IMG/VR virus record: IMGVR_UViG_3300037189_025930
Source: an uncultured virus (IMG/VR IMGVR_UViG_3300037189_025930)
Lineage: Duplodnaviria; Heunggongvirae; Uroviricota; Caudoviricetes
Strand: one strand, 5' to 3'
DNA length: 20,000 nt
Shown: positions 8,371 to 14,800 of the stretch, piece by piece
How the letters are laid out: every line of letters starts with the position of its first letter
Numbering within the stretch: the first letter of the stretch is position 1
Translations under genes and position numbers: made by a program
The notes under the pieces: generated by a model
The model's database searches: none
The model's input: the letters and a program-made list of their open reading frames with translations, nothing else
What the model was told of the DNA's origin: nothing

Positions 8371-8408
8371 ACTATACTTATTTACTCTATTAGTGTTTAA
8401 ACCTAAAA
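8371..8408 (-). promoter_or_regulatory. conserved phage promoter TTTTAGGTTTAAACA-N17-TATAGT
   Basis: Match to the repeated motif; oriented toward the AAA gene. Confidence 0.8.
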
Positions 8409-8443
8409 AAATATCCAGTACGGGTAGTTTATAAATGTCTTTT

Positions 8444-8481
8444 TTTTAGGTTTAGTCACTATTACTATTCTTATATATAAT
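8444..8481 (+). promoter_or_regulatory. conserved phage promoter TTTTAGGTTTAGTCA-N17-TATAAT, 6 nt before ATG 8488
   Basis: Match to the repeated motif; back-to-back with the 8371..8408 copy. Confidence 0.8.
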
Positions 8482-8487
8482 TGTAAT

Positions 8488-8811
8488 ATGAATAAAAATA
8501 AAATAAACGCTTATTTGTGTCTTAATTTATTTAACGATAAAATTATTACCTGCGTTTTATATCATTATGTTGATAAAGAAAATTATCTAGTTTATAATGG
8601 ATATTCTTATTTTTCAGATTCTAAACAAGAGAAAACCAAGAACCAAAATGATTTTAAATATGAATTGAAAATTAAATTTAATCTTTCTATAAAGATAAAT
8701 AATAAAGATCTTTTTGAAGAACTTTTAAAACTAAATTTTAAAGAAGATGTTTTAAATAAAAATAAAGTTGATTTTTTAGGTAAATTTAATCTACATGAAT
8801 GGGTGATATGA
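8488..8811 (+). CDS. hypothetical phage protein, ~100-aa family, C-terminus FNLHEWVI
   Basis: ORF track; similar to 461..796. Confidence 0.8.
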   Translation: MNKNKINAYLCLNLFNDKIITCVLYHYVDKENYLVYNGYSYFSDSKQEKTKNQNDFKYELKIKFNLSIKINNKDLFEELLKLNFKEDVLNKNKVDFLGKFNLHEWVI

Positions 8812-9092
8812 ATTATTTTCTTTGTATAAAAACATCAAAAAGTTATTTAGATTCAGATTGCTTAATAAAAAATTATGTTCTTGTAAATCAGGAAAATACT
8901 GAAACAGAAATTTATTTTGAGAATGGACAAAATATCATTTCTAATAATCATAAATTATTAAATGATATTAATTGGGATTTTAAATTATTAATCAATCAAG
9001 AACAATATTTTATAATAAAAGAAAATAATCTTGTCTTTAGAAGATTAAAAAGTGTTTTAAATCAATTAAAATTAATAGAACACCTAATATGA
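8808..9092 (+). CDS. hypothetical phage protein, ~100-aa family, C-terminus LKLIEHLI
   Basis: ORF track 8799..9092; ATGA coupling favours a start at 8808. Confidence 0.75.
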   Translation: MNYFLCIKTSKSYLDSDCLIKNYVLVNQENTETEIYFENGQNIISNNHKLLNDINWDFKLLINQEQYFIIKENNLVFRRLKSVLNQLKLIEHLI

Positions 9093-9406
9093 CACCTATT
9101 GAAGCTTTACATAAAAGTTTATCTATGGATAAAAGAATAACAGAACTAGAAAAAATTATTGCTACTGATGCTGAGCAATCTTTTTATTATGCTATGTATA
9201 TGATTAAAGGAGCTTGGGATGAAGGAGAAGAAGTTATTTCTAAAGATGCATACGTATCTTATTTTTATGCTATTAATATATTAGAAGATATTTTTGAAAA
9301 AGGTCATCATACTATTTTTAAATCTCAATATAAAGATGATTATATAGAATTTTTAAAAAAGAATAATAAGTATGATGAAAAAAAATTATTACAATGGATG
9401 ATTTAA
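9089..9406 (+). CDS. short 26-aa helical-repeat protein, C-terminus KLLQWMI
   Basis: YAMYMIKGAWDEGEEVI repeat unit; paralog of 2182..2688 and 13863..14501. Confidence 0.8.
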   Translation: MTPIEALHKSLSMDKRITELEKIIATDAEQSFYYAMYMIKGAWDEGEEVISKDAYVSYFYAINILEDIFEKGHHTIFKSQYKDDYIEFLKKNNKYDEKKLLQWMI

Positions 9407-9423
9407 AAAAAGAGGATAAAACT

Positions 9424-9750
9424 ATGAAAAAAAATACTTTTTACTATTTAGACGTAATAAGAGAGTTACCTGTTTTTTATAAAATAGAAACAGATTTATC
9501 TTTGAAAAGTTTAAGATCACTTTTAAAAAAGCAAGCAAAAATAGAAGCCAATAGATTAGGAATTAAAGAATCTTATTTCAGTGAAGGTCAATGTGAAAAT
9601 CCAGATTATTTTACTTTTGATGTTGATGCTGGAAATTTTAATTATGTTTTTTCACTTCAAACTTTTCTAAGTAAATTTAGATCTGAAGAACGTTTAACTT
9701 CTAAACTTGATTTTATAAATATGGAAATAAACAAAGAGGATTTAGAATGA
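9424..9750 (+). CDS. hypothetical phage protein, tandem paralog of 9747..10061
   Basis: ORF track 9394..9750; GAGG SD before ATG 9424; shares FYY[LI]D, FYKIxTDL and SKL blocks with the next gene. Confidence 0.8.
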   Translation: MKKNTFYYLDVIRELPVFYKIETDLSLKSLRSLLKKQAKIEANRLGIKESYFSEGQCENPDYFTFDVDAGNFNYVFSLQTFLSKFRSEERLTSKLDFINMEINKEDLE

Positions 9751-10061
9751 AAAACTTCTACTATATAGATTCACTTGATAATTCAAACGATGTTATTTTT
9801 TATAAAATTAAAACTGATCTTAATAAAGATCAGTTAGTTAATTTTATTCATAAAAATGCTATCAATTATTGTGAAAAACTTGAAATGGATATAGAAGAAT
9901 ATCTTTATAATCACGACGATGAATACGTTGAATTAGAAGTCCATAAAATAACATATCTTTTATCTTTAAGAACGTGTTTAGAAAAATCTGTTTTAGAATC
10001 TAAAATAAATTCTAAATTAAAATATCCTACAATTAATATAAAATCAGAATCTTTAATTTAA
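9747..10061 (+). CDS. hypothetical phage protein, tandem paralog, C-terminus IKSESLI
   Basis: ORF track; ATGA overlap; paralogy by eye. Confidence 0.8.
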   Translation: MKNFYYIDSLDNSNDVIFYKIKTDLNKDQLVNFIHKNAINYCEKLEMDIEEYLYNHDDEYVELEVHKITYLLSLRTCLEKSVLESKINSKLKYPTINIKSESLI

Positions 10062-10396
10062 GTTACATATATAGATTCATTTTTTTCATCTAACATTATT
10101 TCTTTTTCTTCGGGTATAAATTTCAAACACAACGTTTCATCTGTATTATTCCAAGATGCTTCAAATCTTCCACTTGCTATAATCATATTAATATTTTTCT
10201 TTTTACCTAGATTATAGCAATCCTTTAAAAGATGATAACTCATTTCTTTTAAATCTTCTATTTCAGGATTATATTCTTCATGTAAATTTTTCATATATTT
10301 ATAATCACAAACATGAAAGATTTTTTCTATATTGTTCCAATCCATAGAATCAAAAATTAAATCAATTTGTGATTGAAACGAGTGATCTCTAGTCAT
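10058..10396 (-). CDS. hypothetical phage protein (112 aa)
   Basis: ORF track; AAGGA SD. Confidence 0.8.
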   Translation of the reverse strand: MTRDHSFQSQIDLIFDSMDWNNIEKIFHVCDYKYMKNLHEEYNPEIEDLKEMSYHLLKDCYNLGKKKNINMIIASGRFEASWNNTDETLCLKFIPEEKEIMLDEKNESIYVT

Positions 10397-10436
10397 CTTA
10401 TATTCCTTAATTTATATAAAATATATTTAAGAAATA

Positions 10437-10928
10437 TTAATAAAATTCATCTTCTAAATGTCTAATTTTAAAATTTTTTTTAGTAAAATTAGTAGGATTA
10501 AAATTAACTCCATTAAAAGATATTTCATAATGTAAATGAGGTCCAAAAGAAAGTCCAGTATTTCCAATGTAACCTATAATTTCACCTTGTTTAATTTCTT
10601 TAGATTCATTAAAATCAACTTTACTAAGGTGAGCAAAAAGATAATAAAAATTATCATAATCTTTTCCAATTATATAAAGACCATGATTTTCATTTCTTCC
10701 TACTTTAAATATTTTCATATCTATAGGTGAAATTATTGGTGTTCCATAAGGAGCAGAAAAATCTATTCCCCAATGAAAATTACCTTTTCTTTTTCCAAAA
10801 CCAGAAGATATTCTTACATCACGAACTGGATAAATATTATCTTGTCTTTTTTCTATTTTTTCTGGGTGATAACAAAATGCAAAAACATTTAGCAATAGGG
10901 GTATCAATATGATTAAAATTCTTTCCAT
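10437..10928 (-). CDS. M23 family peptidase (peptidoglycan endopeptidase-like) with N-terminal signal peptide
   Basis: ISSGFG.R, HWGID (HxxxD), FAHL, GYIGNTG.SFGPHLHYE (HxH); hydrophobic N-terminus. Confidence 0.92.
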   Translation of the reverse strand: MERILIILIPLLLNVFAFCYHPEKIEKRQDNIYPVRDVRISSGFGKRKGNFHWGIDFSAPYGTPIISPIDMKIFKVGRNENHGLYIIGKDYDNFYYLFAHLSKVDFNESKEIKQGEIIGYIGNTGLSFGPHLHYEISFNGVNFNPTNFTKKNFKIRHLEDEFY

Positions 10929-10936
10929 ATATTTTT

Positions 10937-11269
10937 TTATCTAATTTTTAGAAGTTCCCAGTTATTAATCGGGAAATTATGATTGATAATACTGTAATGT
11001 GGAGTATCAAAAATAATCTTCTTAATTATTCCTTTGTCAGAAAAATAAACCATAAAAGTATTTATTTCCTTATTTATTAAAACTTTAATTTCATCTAAAT
11101 ATGTAAAATTAAAATTTTGATTAAATAATTCTGGATATAAATCAAAAAACAAACTATAATAACTTAATTTAACTTTTTGGTCTTTTATTTCATTAATATT
11201 TGATTTTTTTTGGTAATCATCAAATTTTTCAATTAAAAAATTTGCTTTATCATTGTAATTATTTTCCAT
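10937..11269 (-). CDS. hypothetical protein (110 aa)
   Basis: ORF track; tightly packed in a minus-strand gene run. Confidence 0.7.
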   Translation of the reverse strand: MENNYNDKANFLIEKFDDYQKKSNINEIKDQKVKLSYYSLFFDLYPELFNQNFNFTYLDEIKVLINKEINTFMVYFSDKGIIKKIIFDTPHYSIINHNFPINNWELLKIR

Positions 11270-11272
11270 AAT

Positions 11273-11986
11273 TTAATTATAAGATATAATTCTACTAGAT
11301 ATATCTTTCAATAAAGAAATACCATTATTCTTAAAAAAAACTTTGTTATCGTCAAATAAAAATTTATTTGCATCACGATTATATAATTCTTTCAATAAGA
11401 AATCACTATTAATTGATGTAAATATTAAAAAACTATGAAAATCTTCTTCTTTTGTTTTTAACTGTTCTTCTGTTGCTATGTTTATTAATATATTTTCAAA
11501 TTCATTGCTATTTTTAAAATCTTTAAAAGTTTTATAAGTTGCCTTATATTCATTTTTCCATTTTTCTTTTACTTTTTTAAATAATAATAAACTTCTTTTT
11601 ATTTGATCAAAAATATTAAAAGTAAAATGTATTATAGAACCATAAAATTCAGATTCTACATCTGTGCTTTTTAAAATCATGTAATCTAAAATTTTATTAT
11701 ATTTATTAAAATTAAATTCTGCGATATCTTTTAAATTTTCTTCTAAATCGTTTATTTCATCAATAGAATAATTAAAATTATTTTCTGTTTCAAAATATAA
11801 AATGTAAGAAAAACCATTTTTATATACTTCATTAAAAAACGAATCAGTTATTTTATTGAGAAGTAAAAACTCATCTAAAACAGATTTGAAATTAAACGAC
11901 TTATCTAAATAATCATCGTTTAAAAAAAGACCATTGTTATTAAAATCATTAATATTATCTTCGTATTCTTTATCTAATAGTGACAT
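11273..11986 (-). CDS. hypothetical acidic protein (237 aa)
   Basis: ORF track; GGAGG SD. Confidence 0.8.
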   Translation of the reverse strand: MSLLDKEYEDNINDFNNNGLFLNDDYLDKSFNFKSVLDEFLLLNKITDSFFNEVYKNGFSYILYFETENNFNYSIDEINDLEENLKDIAEFNFNKYNKILDYMILKSTDVESEFYGSIIHFTFNIFDQIKRSLLLFKKVKEKWKNEYKATYKTFKDFKNSNEFENILINIATEEQLKTKEEDFHSFLIFTSINSDFLLKELYNRDANKFLFDDNKVFFKNNGISLLKDISSRIISYN

Positions 11987-12323
11987 TATTAACTTCCTCC
12001 TTTAGCTTATCTGGTAAATCAATAAATGGTATTTGAACAAAATTACTTTTAAAATAATTATCATTGACTATTTCAAATATATCTTTTCTTTTAATTATCC
12101 ATTCACTTTCAAAAATTACCTTAACTTCTTTTTTATGATAAAAAAATCCACCTACGTGATTAAACTTAGATAAATTATCATCAAACACTTTTTGTTGAAT
12201 CCCATTAATTATTTCAATACCAAAAAACACAAATTTTTCTTCTGGAAATATTTCTATGATTTTTTGAACGGTTTCTTTATTTAATTGAATTGCTTCACAT
12301 GGTTTTTGAACATATAAGTTCAT
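11970..12323 (-). CDS. hypothetical phage protein, resembles the 'KP..EAIQ...W(I/Y)IK' small phage family
   Basis: YVQKPCEAIQL and EWIIKR...YFKSNF pattern; family recognised by eye only. Confidence 0.75.
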   Translation of the reverse strand: MNLYVQKPCEAIQLNKETVQKIIEIFPEEKFVFFGIEIINGIQQKVFDDNLSKFNHVGGFFYHKKEVKVIFESEWIIKRKDIFEIVNDNYFKSNFVQIPFIDLPDKLKEEVNNVTIR

Positions 12324-12428
12324 CTATTCGTCTTCAATGTTTTTATTTATAAAAGCATAATAAAAAAAAGTTAAAAGTAAAGTTGCTGTTAAAGCAAAGG
12401 TTACAAAAGAAAACAAATCGCTTAGCAT
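12324..12428 (-). CDS. single-pass membrane micro-protein (34 aa)
   Basis: Translated by hand: MLSDLFSFVTFALTATLLLTFFYYAFINKNIEDE. It fills the gap, and its TAG abuts the next ATG. Confidence 0.55.
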   Translation of the reverse strand: MLSDLFSFVTFALTATLLLTFFYYAFINKNIEDE

Positions 12429-12432
12429 TAAT

Positions 12433-13416
12433 TTACCTTTGATTATTGATAAAAATATCGTATTCATTTTTTATTTTTTCCTCAAAATATTCTATATTAT
12501 AAGTTTCTATATTTTCAATTATTGATTTATTTCTCTCTTTAAAGAAAATAATAAATTCACCTAATTTTTTTTCTTTTAATCCAGTGATATTAAAAAATAA
12601 ATCACCAGAAATCATTTTTCGTATAATCTTATTTTTCTCTTGTTCTTTTAACAAAGAAACATACTCTTTTTCTTTATTAAAGTATGATAAAGATTTATAT
12701 TTCATGTATTCAATATTAGGAGTAGGATCACTAAAAGTTTTATCTTTTAAATAATGTAAAAAATTATTATAAGTATTTCTTTTAGAATTACGTGACCTAT
12801 TCTTATTATTAAGGTTTTCAAATTGAAAATATTGAGAACTAAAATAGGGTATTTCAGTTATATGTTTATACATCTCTTCAAAAGTATCAAAACCGTCACT
12901 TAAAATCTTTTTAATAAAAACATTACCACAACCTAAGAAATTAAGAATAGATTCAGTATCATTCGATAAAAGGATTTTAGTATTATCTAATTTTAGATAT
13001 AAACCCTGATGTCCATAATTAAAATTAAGAGCATGGTAAATAGATCCTATTAGGTTTCCTCTATCGTTATCAGCAAAATAATAATAACTCGTATTAAGAT
13101 GTTGTTTTGAAATAAAAATAATATCTATTTGATAGTCACTAAAAGCTAAAGAAAAAACATTATCGTTAGTAATTTTACCTTGAAATGAATAATTATTTTT
13201 TTCAATTTCAACGATTATTTGATTATTTTTTTCTTCTCTTTTTAATTCAGAATAACATAAAAAATCTATGTCTCCAAAATCTTTTTTCTCTTTAATTTCT
13301 CTTACAGGAACTAAATCGTCAATAATTGAAAGGTTTGATATTATATTATTTCTAATATTTATATCAAACCTTTTTGCTTCTTTCCCTATTATAGGAATAA
13401 TAGCTTTTCCACCCAT
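12433..13416 (-). CDS. putative nucleotidyltransferase (Pol-beta superfamily), phage type
   Basis: MGGKA N-terminus, DFGDIDFL (GDxD) and YQIDII third aspartate. ORF track start is 13434; likely start is ATG 13416. Confidence 0.75.
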   Translation of the reverse strand: MGGKAIIPIIGKEAKRFDINIRNNIISNLSIIDDLVPVREIKEKKDFGDIDFLCYSELKREEKNNQIIVEIEKNNYSFQGKITNDNVFSLAFSDYQIDIIFISKQHLNTSYYYFADNDRGNLIGSIYHALNFNYGHQGLYLKLDNTKILLSNDTESILNFLGCGNVFIKKILSDGFDTFEEMYKHITEIPYFSSQYFQFENLNNKNRSRNSKRNTYNNFLHYLKDKTFSDPTPNIEYMKYKSLSYFNKEKEYVSLLKEQEKNKIIRKMISGDLFFNITGLKEKKLGEFIIFFKERNKSIIENIETYNIEYFEEKIKNEYDIFINNQR

Positions 13417-13422
13417 ATTATT

Positions 13423-13450
13423 ATTATATACCAAGTTGTTTTAATGTTTA
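13423..13450 (-). promoter_or_regulatory. promoter variant TAAACA-N16-TATAAT, 6 nt before ATG 13416
   Basis: Spacing counted by hand; no SD upstream of the ATG. Confidence 0.55.
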
Positions 13451-13491
13451 AGTAAAAATTCAATTACTCAAACATTAAAACTTTATATTTT

Positions 13492-13722
13492 TTAATAAAC
13501 TAAATCAACATAATCGCCAAAATACTTATCAAAAACTCGTGTTAAGTGATTATAATCTGAACTCGTCATGTCTTTTCTTATTTCTTCCCAAGGAGGCAAC
13601 TCTATTCCTCCTCTTGTAAGATCTCTATGAAGATTCTTTCCTGCTCCAATAATATAAAAAGCATTACCTTGAGAACCCTTGAGGTCTATTTCTTCTTTTC
13701 TAATTTCTTTTGGTTTTATCAT
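13492..13722 (-). CDS. conserved small phage protein (IDLxGxxGNAF motif)
   Basis: ORF track; AAGGAGA SD; IDLKGSQGNAFYIIG...MTSSDYNHL..VFDKYFG pattern. Confidence 0.85.
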   Translation of the reverse strand: MIKPKEIRKEEIDLKGSQGNAFYIIGAGKNLHRDLTRGGIELPPWEEIRKDMTSSDYNHLTRVFDKYFGDYVDLVY

Positions 13723-13745
13723 ATACTTTTTCTCCTTATAGTTAA

Positions 13746-13783
13746 ATTGTATAATAATTAGAAACTAACGACTAAACCTAAAA
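13746..13783 (-). promoter_or_regulatory. conserved phage promoter TTTTAGGTTTAGTCG-N17-TACAAT
   Basis: Match to the repeated motif. Confidence 0.75.
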
Positions 13784-13811
13784 AGTAATCAGTATATAAA
13801 AAATATCATAT
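13762..13811. repeat. 50-bp direct repeat, copy 1
   Basis: 48/50 identical to 14551..14600. Confidence 0.95.
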
Positions 13812-13819
13812 TAAAAATT

Positions 13820-13845
13820 TAGGGATAATTGAATAATTATCCCTA
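13820..13845 (-). terminator. hairpin / likely terminator downstream of 13863..14501
   Basis: 11-bp perfect stem TAGGGATAATT/AATTATCCCTA, 4-nt loop, followed by AATTTTT on the minus strand. Confidence 0.65.
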
Positions 13846-13862
13846 CTAATAATTCTTTTAAT

Positions 13863-14501
13863 TCATAATAAAAATTCAATATATTCATCTTTAATTTCTT
13901 GAGTATTAATTCGTAGCTTTTCAAGAAGATTAAGATATTTATTTCTCCATTCAGAATTAGAAGATGTAAAAATTGTCTTATGAGCCATTGGAAATTTATC
14001 ATTAATAAACTCAGCATAAAGAAAGGAATACTCTGCATTTGTACTAATAGTTTTTTCTGCTTCTGGCCATCTGCTAAAAATATATTCTTTAGCATATATA
14101 TAAGCACTATCTGGTTTAGATGCTATTATTTGTTCACCTTCTGGAAATCTTTGTTTTATTATCGTTCTTACATAATATAACGTAGGATAACATTCTTGTA
14201 AAATTAAAGGTTCAGCTTTTGTAAATCTTTTACTTATTACAAGTTTAGCGTAACGTGTTGAAGCATTAATGTTTGAACTAATAATATCTTCGCCCTCTAA
14301 CCATTCTCCACGTATAACTGAACTAGCATATTTTAACGCTAAGTCTGCATCTTTAATAACCTCTTGTTCTAATTCTTTAATTCTTATTTTTCTAGCTGCT
14401 GCATAATTAATGGATTTTTTAATATCTAAAAGATCAAAATCTTTATTCTTTAGATCTTGTTTATTTAAATCTTTAATTGTAAGTATTTGTAATTTATTCA
14501 T
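13863..14501 (-). CDS. 26-aa helical-repeat protein (4 repeats plus cap), C-terminus EYIEFLL
   Basis: Four consecutive units with exact 26-aa period; AAGGAGA SD. Confidence 0.88.
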   Translation of the reverse strand: MNKLQILTIKDLNKQDLKNKDFDLLDIKKSINYAAARKIRIKELEQEVIKDADLALKYASSVIRGEWLEGEDIISSNINASTRYAKLVISKRFTKAEPLILQECYPTLYYVRTIIKQRFPEGEQIIASKPDSAYIYAKEYIFSRWPEAEKTISTNAEYSFLYAEFINDKFPMAHKTIFTSSNSEWRNKYLNLLEKLRINTQEIKDEYIEFLL

Positions 14502-14534
14502 AGTTGTCTCCTTTATTTGTTACTATTTTAGTTA

Positions 14535-14572
14535 ATAATATAATAAATACAAACTAACGATTAAACCTAAAA
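14535..14572 (-). promoter_or_regulatory. conserved phage promoter TTTTAGGTTTAATCG-N17-TATTAT
   Basis: Match to the repeated motif. Confidence 0.75.
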
Positions 14573-14600
14573 AGTAATCAGTATATAAAAAATATTATAT
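14551..14600. repeat. 50-bp direct repeat, copy 2
   Basis: 48/50 identical to 13762..13811. Confidence 0.95.
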
Positions 14601-14800
14601 GATTAATTCTGGATTATTTTTAATAACATGATTTAAAAAAAATCCTGTGTTCTATTAAAAGATTCTATTGTTGTAATAGAATAAAATTTTCTAAATTTTA
14701 TTAATGATGATTTGTTTTGTAATTCTTTAAAAAGCCAACGAATTTGTATCTCCCCAATTTCAATAATAGCATCACTTTCAATTTTATATATATATTTCAT
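14595..14800 (-). pseudogene. frameshifted paralog of 14797..15000 (55-aa ORF 14633..14800; C-terminus VIKNNPELII lies in the -1 frame)
   Basis: MKYIYKIE...SFNRTQDFF stops just after a T8 tract. One extra T gives ...DFFLNHVIKNNPELII, matching the neighbour's YTYKIE...IRKNHPELLL. Confidence 0.6.

Noticed and set aside
10536..10912. Plus-strand ORFs 10536..10730 and 10727..10912
   Set aside because: Antisense to the clearly identifiable M23 peptidase.
13811..14180. ORFs 13811..14107 (-) and 13980..14180 (+)
   Set aside because: Alternative-frame and antisense shadows of the repeat-protein gene; the first runs through its terminator.
807..14600. Repeated motif as a CRISPR array or integron attC sites
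   Set aside because: Copies are dispersed at irregular kb-scale spacing, occur on both strands, precede gene starts and keep sigma70 geometry. No cas1/cas2 or integrase is present in the window.
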